Source: Felis catus (lineage: Eukaryota). From it: DNA of 64,000 nucleotides. Shown piece by piece: positions 34,662 to 46,618 of this stretch. The notes under the pieces were generated by a model that was not told the DNA's origin, searched no databases, and saw only the letters and a program-made list of their open reading frames with translations. Both the position numbers and the translations under genes were made by a program. How positions within the stretch are numbered: position 1 is the first letter of the stretch; every line of letters begins with the position of its first letter. The stretch spans positions 13,392,001 through 13,456,000 of the forward strand of contig NC_058369.1 in assembly GCF_018350175.1 (NCBI RefSeq), read 5' to 3'.

Positions 34662-34999
34662 AGCGTGGGGAACGAGACTGGGTTTACTGGTTTATTTCCC
34701 CCAGCTGACAAGGGAGCTGAGTGGCCATGACCTCCATCTTGCGTCAGGATCTCAAGGGTCGAACTCCAGGCCGCGGAGGGCGGAGGGGCCCCTTGTCCAG
34801 AAGGAGAAACTGAGGCCCAGGGACACAAAGGGAGGCTGAGCTCAGGTTGGAGCTGGACCCCATGCCCCTTCCCTAGCACAGTCACAGAGGCTAGGAACTT
34901 GAATGGGGGAAGGCAGACAGAGGCCTCAGAGAGGAAAAAAAGCTGGCTGGGCGGGGGCGCCCGGGGACACGTGGATCTTGCTTCTCTTGAGTTTGAACC

Positions 35000-35490
35000 A
35001 CTTTTGTTTTTATTCAGATGAAACTTCTGTGCCATGAAATGAACCCCTTTAAAGCATACAGTTTGGTAGCGTTTTGTGCATTCACACGTGCGGTGTGCAC
35101 CCATCACCTCCCCAAAGGAGACCCCGCCCCTGTTAGCAGTCACCCCCACCCACCCCCTCCCTCACTCCTGGCACCCACTCATCTGCTTCCCGCCTCTGTG
35201 GGTTTTCCTGTTCTGGGCATTTCACGTGGATGGGATCATGCTCCGTGTGGCCTCTCCGGCCGGGCTTGCACTCAGCATAAACGTCCACGTTTTCACCCAC
35301 GTGGCAGCATTTCGTCAACGTTTTGTAACGTTTTGTGGCCAAATAATATTCTTTAGCGTGGATGGACTACATTTGGATTCTCCCTTCACCCCTCGATAGA
35401 CATTTGGGCAACGGCGAACAGGGCTGCTTTGGGCATGCGTGTGCAAGGATTTGTTGGCATGGAGGTCATCATTCTTCTGGAGCTGCGGGT
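35000..35490 (-). mobile_element. Old L1M 3'-end fragment
   Basis: L1MB-like 3' UTR text. Confidence 0.6.
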
Positions 35491-36769
35491 AGGGAAAGGG
35501 AGTCCAGTGGAGTGAGGTGACTCGTGCAGGGTCCGGAGTCCCCACTCGGAACCGCCAGGCTCACAGGTCGGCTCCTGGAGGGGCTCCCAGCCAGAGCCGG
35601 CGCTCAGGCCCCGCCCCCGCCCCGAGGCCCCGCCCCCACAGGGCTGGGCCCAATTAGAACCCCGTTTTAATAGTCCCGGCTGTGTTCACCCATTTGCCCC
35701 AGGCACTGAGAATTAACTGGCAGTCTGGGGTGACCATTGGCGGGGCCGAGGAACAGGGAGGAGGACGAGGGCACCCAGGGCCTGGACCCTGGCAGGTATG
35801 GGTTCAGGCTTAGCTTTCTGAGTGACCTACGGGCAAGGGCAAGTCACGTGGCTCTGAGCCAGTTTCCTCCCCCGAGACTCTTGGGACACCTCCCTGCCAC
35901 AGCCTCAGTTGTCTGCCACCCGTGGTGTGAATTTGGGTCCTGATCCCCACCGACTTCCGGCCCCGGGTTTTGCCCAGCCCTCCCTGTCCAGCGGCGTCTG
36001 CCCTCGGCAGCTGACCTGGCATCCAGCTTTGAACCCGTCAGATTTGGGGTTCCTTTGGGCCCCGCAGAAGAGAGATGTACCCACAGCACAGACCAGGTCA
36101 CCCAGACCTCCAAAATAGCCTCAGGAGGGGTGAGCTCCCCTGTCGCCCTGGTGTGCAAGACACAAGATCCCAGTCTCCAGAACTCTGTCCCCACACAGAA
36201 GAGTAAGGTGTTTGTTACAAAAGTTTCCCCTGGCAGGCTTGGGAGGACAAGCCATCGCGCGTCCCCGGGACTTCTGCGTCTGCAACTGTCTGGAACCTGA
36301 TCCCTTAAGGGGTGGATTATCCGGTTCAGATAAATGGGAATCAGCATGGAGCTGGCTTGGGTCATCCAGAATTCAGGGAACCCCCTGAACACAGAGTGAG
36401 GCCCATAGGGCATAGAGGGGGGTGGCCGAGATAAAATCCCACCCTTCCCTAGGCCCCTCTCACCCACCCCTCCTTCCAACCCCCCCCCCCCCCCCCGCCC
36501 GGATCCCTGACTGCTATTCACGTAATCCAAGCTGGTTTCCACCTCAGGACCTTTGCACATGTGGTTCCCTCTGCTGAAAGGCTCTTCTTCTCTGTGACTG
36601 GCTCTTCTTCACCTCCTAACCTCATTTTTCCAAGAACGCCCCAACCTGTTGGTTAAAGGTGACACTCCCTGTTACTCCCTCTCCCATCTCCCTGTCCTGT
36701 TGCCTTCATAGCCCTCATCCCTCTCTGAAATTTTGATTTAGATACTCATTTATTTGAAGCTTTGGGGGC

Positions 36770-37038
36770 CTCTGCCTCTCTCTGCCTCTCCCATGTTTTT
36801 TCACTGTCTCTTTTGCTCACTTTCTGTAAGTCTCTCGTCTTTGTCCCCCACCCCCACCCCCTCTCTGTCTCTGGTTCACCGTCTCTGCATCTCTGTTTCT
36901 CTCACTCCTATCACTTGCTGTCTCTTGCCCCTGGCTCACCATCTCTTATGGTCACTATCTCTCTGTTTCAGTCTCTGAGTCTCTCACTGTCTCTCTGTTT
37001 CAGTCTGTCATTGTCTCTGTTTCCCCCTGTCTGGCTCA

Positions 37039-37080
<42 letters not shown>

Positions 37081-37180
37081 GTCTTTGTCTCTGTCTTTCA
37101 CTCACCATCTCTCTTGTTTACCATCTCTCTGTCTCAGTCTCTGTTTCTTTCACCATCTCCGTCTCCTTTCCTGGCTTGGC
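36770..37180. repeat. CT-rich low-complexity tract with (CT)n core
   Basis: Direct reading. Confidence 0.85.
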
Positions 37181-40020
37181 CAGGCCCCCAGGGCCCTGGG
37201 GGTGACAGGCAGGGCGCCCTTTGCTTGTTTTCCACCCTCGCTGGCAGGGGCCCGGCTGGGCCGCTGTTCAGGAACCCTCCAGCTGCCTAGCTGCAGCCAC
37301 CAGGCACAGCCGCCTCTGGCCTCTCCTCCCAGCACATTCTGTCCCGAGCAGGGAGCACTGGGGGTGGGTGGGGTGGGGGTGGAGGGTTCCTGTCGGGCTC
37401 CAGTTACAGGACAGCCCGTCCTGGTGGCCTTGCTCCCCACCAGTGCTGCCCCCTGATGCCTCCCCTCCTTGCTTGGGACTTAGATCTTCATGAATGGGGC
37501 CCCTCTGCCAGCTCATTCCTACCTCAGGGGCTTTGCACCTGCTGTGCCTTCCCCCTGGAGTTCCCTCTCCCCAGATATGCCCAGGACCTTCTCCCCAGCA
37601 GGCTTCAGATCACAAGTCACTGCCCTAGGATGCCCTCCCTGTCTCTGGGTCAGAACACCCCTCAATTCCCTGACTCCTGTCCTGATGCCTTTCGCTTCCT
37701 GATCTTCCCCCTTCCTCAAAGTTATATATTTACTTGTTCGTTGGTGTGGTGTCTGTTTCCCCAGAGCCCTCCCGGGCACACACTAGGTGCTCAATGAATG
37801 CTTTAGAATTGTTGCCATTTCATCCCAAAGTTCAGCTCTAGCTTAGCCACCCAGGCGCCCACACACAGCTCCCGTCCCTTCAGCCTGGCTGACCTACCCC
37901 AGACCCTGCCTCCTCCTGACCTTGGCGCCCCCTGCGCCCCCCGCACACCAGCAATATCTCTGCCCTCCCAGCTGCTCCTGGCGACTTCCCTCCCCCAGAT
38001 GCACCTTTTCCAGTGCGGGGCTGAGTCTGTCTGTTTTTTAGACCCACTGGGCTCCATGCGGGGGCGGCTATCACACACACACACACACACACACATACAG
38101 GGACCCAGAAATGGGCCGGTGAACTCGGGCACACACAGCCTAGACCTCCACGGACACAGACCCGCGTGCGCCTGCGTGCACACACACGTAAGGTCCAACA
38201 GCATTGACCACGCCGGGCGCCCCCGGCTCTGGTTGAGGGTTTGCAGGGTGTTCCCTCTGCCCTCGCTTCCCCCACCTTATTTCGGGTGTTCGAGGAAGGC
38301 CAGGAAAGTCCCCAGAAAGCATCAGGCTGGGCGAGAGGCCCAGGAGGAAGCAGTGAATCAGCTGGCAGCCATCAGTGCCCAAAGGGACCCCCTCCGGGGG
38401 TTGGGGGGACTTACAGAAAACAACAATAAAGGATTGGGGGGTGGACGGGGCCAATGGGGCCTGCTGAGCGGGGTGGGGGAGGGGAGGGGGCATGCCTCTA
38501 TGGGTTCCCGGGGCTCCAATACCCCCACTCTGCTGAGCCTGATTCCCAGGTGGGGAAACTGAGGCACGGGGCTCAAATGACTTGCCCAAGCCCCTCCAGC
38601 CATGATGGGGCAGGCAGAGGCCCCCGAAGTCCTTGGTCAAAGGTTTTGGGGGGGGCGTCCCCTCTTCCTGCTCTCCTTTTGGAGGACAAAAGGAGCCTGG
38701 TCCACTTCATGGCTCCAGATGTGGACATACGACCAGGTCCGGCCAATTAGAGCCTTTTGTGACCACAGACTCAGGGATTGGTTCAGGAATAGGCATGTGA
38801 CTCTGACTGGGCCAATCGTGCTGGGAATCTGTGGTGGAATCCACAGACACCCCTTCCCTGGAGGGTCCCGGGAGGGCTCCCAGGAGGAGAGGCCACTGGG
38901 GTTGGGGTTTTGATGGGTGAAGAGGAGTTCACCAGGGAGGTAGAGAAGGGCATTCCAAGAGAGGGCAGCCGCGGCTGTGTTTATTTGCTCCTAGGCACCC
39001 CCACGAGCCCCCTAAGGGTGAGACCACCTCTTTGCCGGCAGCCTTGTTGGCAGCTGACGTTCCATTAACGTTTGTGGTGTAGGTGGCCCTTGTCTGGGGA
39101 CGCAGATGAGTGAGATGGGTGGGCCGTGAATGGGAGAATGGGATTCAGGGGGCCAGAGAGCCCAGGGCCGGGTCAAGGTGGCCCCGGGGGGCCTGGGAAC
39201 AGCACCGCGGTCCCAGGCAGGAGGGGGCACTTCCCGTCTCCCCGTCTGTGAGCCCCCAGTCCTGGGCAGGGCCCTCCAAGGGGAGGCAGGTGGGGGTCTC
39301 TGCCTTCCTGTGCGACCCTGGGATGGTGACGGCACGTCTCCGGGCCTCAGTTTTGTCACCTGGAACCTGACTTCGTGGTAGGACAGGGTCGGTACCGGGC
39401 ACAGAAGCAACACCAGGTCTGCGGGACCGGATGGGGTGTGCTGAGCCAGTGGAGGAGGGGCTGGGCCGTCCAACACATTCCCTCAGCAGTTCCTGGCCTC
39501 TTTGAAAACAGGAAGCTGGCTCTCAAGGGAGCCCCCCAGCAGCGCTTCCTGAGCCTCCTCATGACGCGTGCTGGGGGGGAGGGAGGAGGGAGGCGGGGGG
39601 GGGGGGGGCCGTGCACGCACATGCGTGTTTGCAGGCGGCCTGGAGATGAGTGAAGCCCACCAACGCGTGCACACGTGTCTGCGTGTCAGCTTTGTCCGTG
39701 GAGTTACCCGGAAGCACGTGCCCATGGTGCGTGTGCTTGAATGTGGGTTTGCACACGTCGGCCAATACGGGAAGCAAATGCGGGCTGGTGGGTGCGTTTG
39801 TGAGTCTGGGTCTAGGTGGCGGGCATCGGTGTCTATCCGCAGTGGGGACCGGGGAGTGCTGGCGGGAGCTAGCCAGTGGGGGAAACACCTAAGGGTCAGT
39901 GACGGTCTGGAGTCAGCCACAGGGGCCAGAGGGGGCCAAACTGGGGCCTCCTCACGCCATGTTCCTGAGAGGCTTTTCACTTGCCGGCAAACTTCTACTC
40001 ATCCTTCAAAACCCCATCTC

Positions 40021-40210
40021 GCCTGGGTGGCTCAGCGGGTTGGGCATCTGACTTCGGCTCAGGTCACGATCTCACGGTTCGTGAGTCCGAGCCCCGCGTC
40101 GGGCTCTGCGCTGACAGCTCGGAGCCCGGAGCCTGCTTCGGATTCTGTGTCTGCCTCTCTCTCTGCACCCCCTCCTCTCAAAAATAAATAAATGTTAAAA
40201 AAAATTATAA
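40021..40210 (+). mobile_element. CanSINE with TSD aaaaccccatctc
   Basis: SINE consensus, flanking direct repeat. Confidence 0.9.
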
Positions 40211-41504
40211 TAAGAAAACCCCATCTCAAATACCCCTTTTTTCTAAGCCAGTCCTGACGCCATGGGCTGAGGGCATTTCGTGTCTGGCCATGTCTATCCC
40301 CTCTGGATGCTGAGGGGCATCACCAGGAACACAGGGCCATGTTCCCCACATGCTGACTTTCTGGAGTTGGCCCAGATTCCTTGGCCATACCTGATCCCCA
40401 GGAGGGGGACTCCTGCTGCCATATAATCCTCAGGACCTGCCAACCCCGGTGGTTTAGAAGGTCGGGCAAGACATTTCCACTTGATCCACAGGCCCATGTG
40501 TTCCGGAAAGTCCCCCGCCCAGGCCTGTGGGCTTTCTGGCCTTGGCCCACAGCAGTTCAATGCCAGTCTGCTTTGTCTGTAGGATGGACCAGAGGTTTTC
40601 CAAGGCCCAGGCCGTGTGATGGGGGTTTCTCGCTGGTGTCTCAGTGTCCCAGTCCCAGGGCCGCCATGGGGGGCTTTGAAACAAGGCTCAGATCCCATCC
40701 CTCACGCCCCCTCCCCCAAAGCCCACCAGGCCCTCTGTGGCCTCGCCCCGCAGCCTCTATCACAACAGATTTAGGCCTACCTCAGGGCCTTTGCACTGTT
40801 CCTTCTGCTCAGAGAGCCCTTCCCTCGCTCCCTACCTTCTCCTCCTTGATCTAAGTTCAAGTGTCCCCTCCTCAGAGGCCCCTCAGCCTCCCTGACCAAA
40901 GCTGCCGCTCTCTCAACCCCTCCCTTCCGCCTCTGGCAATTCATAATTACCACATATCTGTGGCTTCGTGGCCATCCTCCACCTCTCCTCTGTAATGGGA
41001 CCTCCAAAAGGAGGGGGCGGGGCGTAACGCCCCTCCCCCAAATGGGAGAGTTTCCCAGCATCATGTCTCACCCTTTCCTTCCAGACTGGGCCTAGAAGTT
41101 TCCTCATTCTGGCTGTTATCGGCCAACAGCATAGATGGGAAATCCCAGGGAAGGAGAGGCAGTGTCCCCGTGTCCAGGCAGAGCATACTCCTCCCCCCAC
41201 GTGGCCAGAGCTCCACCTCTCCTGCAGGAGAACGTCCGCTCTTAGGCTCGGAGTTCAAGGTCCAGCCCGCGTATGGCAAAACCCTTCCTCTTCCTTTCCC
41301 TAATTCTCAGCTGCTGTCAGAGACCATTTGCTGCACTGAGCATGTCAGCACATCGGGCTGAGTACGAAGCAAGGGACTCGTTTGCACGGTATATGACCAT
41401 TGCGGACCGATGAACTCATAGTCTGCCCAGTACGTAAACTGGGCCGTTGCTTGTTGGCTACTGACAGCCGCGTAGAGAACAGAGGCTGCCCAAGCGCTTA
41501 GATC

Positions 41505-42231
41505 AGGGGTTGACAAACTTTTGCTATAAAAAGTCACATAGTATGGGGCACCCGGGTGGCTCAGTCGTTGGAGCGTCCGACCCTCGATCTCAGCTCAGGT
41601 CTTGATCTCAGGGTCAGTTTGTTTTGCTTTGTCTTTAAAGTGTGTTTATTTATTTTGAGAGAGGGCGTTCGCATTAGCGGAGGAGGGGCAGAGAGAGGGA
41701 GAGAGATTGGGAATCCCCAGCAGGCTCCCTGTTCCACGCTGAGCCCGACGCGGGGCCGGACCTCATGAACCCCGAGAGCCCGTGGCCCAAGCCAAAATCA
41801 AGAGTCCGCCGCTTAACCCGCTGAGCCACCCAGGCGCCCCTCAAGGTCATGACTTCAAGCCCCACGTTGGGCTCCATGTTGGGCCTGAAACCTACTTAAA
41901 AAAATAACATAGGGGCGCCCGGGTGGCTCCGTCGGCTGGGCGACCGACTTGGGCTCAGGTCACGATCTCACGGGTCGTGAGTTCGAGCCCCGCGTCGGGC
42001 TCTGCGCTGACTGCCTCGGAGCCTGGCCAGCCGTTCCCTTGAAAGCAGCCATAAACAATACACAAATGAGGGGGGGGGGCGTGGGCAGTGTCCCAATAAA
42101 GCTTTATTTACATAGTTTTGAATTTCATATAGTTGTGTGTCCGGAAACCTTCCTTCGGTACGTTTGTAATCATTGCAAAAGCGTAAAAGGCACGTCTAGC
42201 GCGTGGCCAAAGCTACGTTTGCCAGCCCCTG
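41505..42231. mobile_element. MER58-like MITE containing three nested CanSINEs
   Basis: Terminal inverted repeats caggggttgacaaac...gtttgccagcccctg; SINEs at ~41544-41905, 41617-41840, 41911-42025. Confidence 0.7.
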
Positions 42232-42464
42232 GATGAGACCTTCAGTGGGCAACAAAGTATCGGGAGTGGTCGTCTTACAAACACTGCAGCTCCGCTTAAA
42301 GGATTGCAGGTCGCCAGCGACGGAATTTTAGAGCAGGGTAGACGCTTAACGGCGTCTGACCCCTGACAGGCGACAGGTATCACGCTTGATGTTTACGAAG
42401 CATTAGATCGGAGCAAGTGAGGGTGGCTCCCTGGGTGTCAGGACCCAGTTTAAGTTGGACCCAG

Positions 42465-42501
<37 letters not shown>

Positions 42502-43100
42502 CTCCAGCACCATGCGGACCAAACCGGGCGCCGCCTGCCCATTCTCAGAACACTGTTTACCAAGTATCAAGTGACAGGGGCCGGCGGCCGGTATCGAGTC
42601 ACAGGGCAGTCACACTGAGGCTTGGGCGCTGTGACAACATCTCCAGACACCAGCTGTTTACAGTGACATGAGACTGGCTGTTTACAGGGGACCAGCTGAC
42701 CTGCTTCCGGATGCCAGAGCCCAGATGGCCGGTGGGACGGGCTCCTCTGCAGGTGTTTGCAGAGGGCCCAGGTCCTGGGGACCCCCCCCTCCTGCGGCCG
42801 CCTCCAGCAGCAGGAGTGGGGATGAGGAGAGAGCTCGTGGCCGAGGCGAGGCGAGGCTTTTGCTGGCCGAGGACCCCCACGCTCATCCCTGCTCTTTGGG
42901 GGCAGGAATTGAGCCCTGCGGGGCATCAGGTTCCGCGGTCTGGCCGCCACCCTCTCTCTCTCTGCTCATGCCCGGCTGCGCCACCTTGCACGCATCGCTT
43001 CGCTTATCTGAGCCTTCACTTCTCTATCTGGAAAATGGGCAGGGCGATGGATCAAGGTTGCCAAATCAAATACAGGATACCCAGTTAATATGGAATTTCA

Positions 43101-43320
43101 GGGGCGCCTGGGTGGCTCCGTCGGTCAAGCGGCCGACTTCGGCTCAGGTCATGATCTCAGGGTCTGTGAGTTCGAGCCCCGCGTCGGGCTCTGTGCTGAC
43201 GGCTCGGAGCCTGGAGCCTGCTTCGGATTCTGTGTCTCCCCATCTCTCGGCCCCTCCCCTGCTCGTCCTCTCTCTCTCTCAATAATGAATAAATGTTCAA
43301 AAAAAATTAAAAAAATAATT
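43101..43320 (+). mobile_element. CanSINE within a MER-like element
   Basis: SINE consensus. Confidence 0.9.
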
Positions 43321-43949
43321 TCAGACAACCAGCCAATACATTTTAGTAGGAGTATATCCCAAATGCTGCATGGAATATACTTATGCTAAAAAAAAACAAA
43401 CAAAAAACCCACACACAAAACAAACAAAAAAACAAGGTGTTTATCAAATATGCCTCGCCTATGATGAAGTCTCCCTGATAGGAGGTTGTGAAGGTCTTGA
43501 GGGGATCACAGGCCGGGCACAGAGAAAGGGCCTGATGCTTCATAGGACTGACGTTCACTGTCCCTATCTCCCCCAGGAGCTCACAGGGATCAGCCCAAGT
43601 GAGGTCTGCTGATTAGCTCATAAATGCATCATGTGCCTCTGGGGAGCAGGGCCTGGGTGACAAGAATGATGCCATTATTCAAGAGTTTCACTAGGATGTC
43701 AGCAAGAGGCCCTGCACCACAGGAAGGAGAGGCTTTCTTCATTTATAGCGTGTCCCCAGCACCCAGATGCTCTGAAGGGCTCAGCAGAGTTGTTGGGTGA
43801 AAATAAGAAGACATTCAATAAATAGCTGTTGAACTCCATGTCTGATCCCATCCCTCTTTATTGAATACTTACTGCATGCCAGGCGCTCGAACCCATGCGT
43901 GCCCAGGGCTCCCCATCAGCAAGGGAGATGGGTATTAATACGGTCATCA

Positions 43950-44170
43950 GGGGCGCCTGGGTGGCTCAGTCGGTTGAGCGTCCGACTTCGGCTCAGGTCA
44001 TGATCTCGCGGTTCGCGGGTTCGAGCCCCGCCTCGGGCTCCGTGCTGACAGCTCGGAGCCTGGAGCCCGCTTCGGTTTCTGTGTCTCCCCCTCTCTCTGC
44101 CCCTCCCATGCTCACACTCTGTCTCTCTCTGTCTCAAAAATAAATAAACATTAAAAAATTTTAAAAAAAT
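43950..44170 (+). mobile_element. CanSINE
   Basis: SINE consensus; TSD aatac[g/a]gtca. Confidence 0.9.
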
Positions 44171-45019
44171 ACAGTCACCTGCATAAACGCAAAATTATAA
44201 CTTGGACAAGACCTGCCAAAGGGAGATACGCAGTGCTAGTAGGATCCAGAGGGTCCTGAGTAGGGCCCAGAGGGGCTTTCTATGGGAGTGACACTTTATG
44301 GGGAGCTGGAGGAAGAGATTCGCAGGTACAAACATGGCACAGAGCATCCTAGGTAGTGGGCGCAGCCTGTGCAAAGGTCCTGGGGTGAGAGCGAACGTAA
44401 TTTCGGGGGCTGGCTTCGTGCCACCCCCAGCTCCCTTTGACAATTTGCAGGCTCCAGCAGATAGTCAAGGCTAAGTTTAAGATGGTCGGGGTCTCCCGGC
44501 GAGTGGAGCAGGATGTGATGCCCTCAACCACCCACAGCGGGGGAAGGACAAAAGTCTGGGCGCATCCTCAGCCAGAGGGGTGGGGAGGAGCAGGTGAGGT
44601 GAACGGCGCCCAGCACCGCCTCTGCCCTGGAATTTCCTGAGCTACTTGCCGGCCCAGTCCACCCTCCTCGCCCACATTGCCATAGCCACTTCCCAGGGCA
44701 CAGAGCAGCAGGATCGAGACAAGGCCACAAGCCACTGCTGGGTGGAGTCAGGAGGCAGAGAGAAGAGTTCTGGGACGCCCAGCTGGGAACTCTCAGGACG
44801 GAGAATCAGAGCCGGGATGGCAACAGTAGCAATCACAATAATAGCTGCTAAGGCCTAAAAGTGCCCAGCTGAGTCCTGGCAGGGAGATTTAATAGCCGCA
44901 AAAGCCCCAGCAGGCTGGTTCCGGAAGTATCCCCGTTTTAGAGACAGAGAGACTGAGACTCAGAAGGGTGAAGCGACCGGTTGAGGGCTCCCGGTGACCC
45001 CGGGATGTGGCAAATCTTC

Positions 45020-45385
45020 ATTCTGGCTCCTACGACAATAACTACCACGGAACGGGGGGCTTAAACAGCAGACAGGTACTTCTTTCTCACAAGTCCGGAG
45101 GCTGGCAAGTCCAAGATCGGGATGCCGGCAGATCCGGTGTTTGGTGAGGGATGATTCTTGGTTTGTGGGCACCTGCCTTCTGTCTGTGTCCTCACATGGC
45201 AGAAAGCAGGGAGAGGGAGCAAGCTCTCTTGTGTCCCTTCTCATAAGGGCACTAATCCCATCGTGGGGGCTCCGCTATCGTGACCTAATCGCCGCCCAAA
45301 GGCACCCCCCCCTTCTAACGCCATCACACTGGGGATCGGGGTTTCAATTTATGAACTTGGGAAGGGACGCAAGCATCAGTCTATA
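45020..45385. mobile_element. MLT1-like LTR
   Basis: MaLR consensus-like text. Confidence 0.65.
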
Positions 45386-45804
45386 GCCACACCCGCATTT
45401 CCTTTTTATCCTCACTGTTGAGGGGCTGACATCAGGGCCCATTGGACCCTCCGGGCCATTTGTCTCTAGCCTCATTAGTACTGGCCATAAAATGGGACTT
45501 TGGCCAATTGCCAATATCCAGAGGAAGACCTTGACCCCGGGCTCCTGAGCCCACTCTGGGCTCAGCCCAGGGGGACTACGGCAGGAGATGTTTCCATCTC
45601 CCGGTTGAATCTGTAACTCGCCGTGTCCAGTTGGTAAAGGCAAATGTGTACATCCACTATCTGTTACTTACTGTATATCTGGGGGAGGGGATGGGCTGCC
45701 ACGGGGCCGATGGAACTTTCTGGGTGATGGAAATATGATATCCAGATTGACAGTTTCAGGATTTATGCATTTGCCAAAACACATCCAACTGTACTTTACT
45801 GGGT

Positions 45805-46618
45805 TTTGTTTTGTTTTGTTTTAATTTTTTTTTTTAACATTTATTTATTTTTGAGACAGAGAGAGACAGAGCATGAACGGGGGAGGGTCAGAGAGAGGGA
45901 GACGCAGAATCCGAAACAGGCTCCAGGCTCCGAGCTGTCAGCCCAGAGCCTGACACCGGGCTCGAACTCATGGACCGCGAGATCGTGACCTGAGCCGAAG
46001 TCGGCCACTTAACCGACTGCGCCACCCAGGCGCCCCTGGGTTTTATTTTTTAACGTTTATTTATTTGTTGAGAGAGAGAGAGAGAGAGAGAGAGCGCTCA
46101 GGAAGGGGAGGGGCAGAGAGACGGAGAGAGACAATCCCAAGCAGGCTCTTCGCCATCAGCACAGAGCCCAATTCTGGGCTCGATCCCACGAACCACGAGA
46201 TCATGACCTGAGCTGAAATCAAGAGTCGGACGCTTCACCAGCTGAGCCACCCAGGCTCAGTACGTGAGTCCCGTACTGAATTCTACTGTATGGGAGTTAT
46301 GCCCTAACAAAGCTGACCTTTAACACAGTTATATGAAATTTTATTTTAAGACCAGTTGGGGAAAGGCAACATCATAACAAAATTCACATGCTTTTTTTTT
46401 TTAATTTTTTTTTTAACGTTTATTTATTTTTGAGACAGAGAGAGACAGAGCATGAATGGGGGGAGGGTCAGAGAGAGAGGGAGACACAGAATCGGAAGCA
46501 GGCTCCAGGCTCCGAGCTGTCAGCCCAGGGCCCGACGCGGGGCTCGAACTCACGGACCGCGAGATCGTGACCTGAGCCGAAGTCGGACGCTTAACCGACT
46601 GAGCCACCCAGGCGCCCC
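45805..46618 (-). mobile_element. Three CanSINEs (45805-46036, 46040-46256, 46392-46618), the last with TSD aaaattcac[a/g]tgctttt
   Basis: SINE consensus, direct repeats at 46379 and 46621. Confidence 0.9.

Noticed and set aside
40383-40400. ggccatacc resembling the 5S rRNA 5' end
   Set aside because: Similarity does not extend beyond 9 nt
42464-42499. Poly-C run (and many shorter G/C homopolymers)
   Set aside because: Lengths are unreliable in assemblies; no functional evidence
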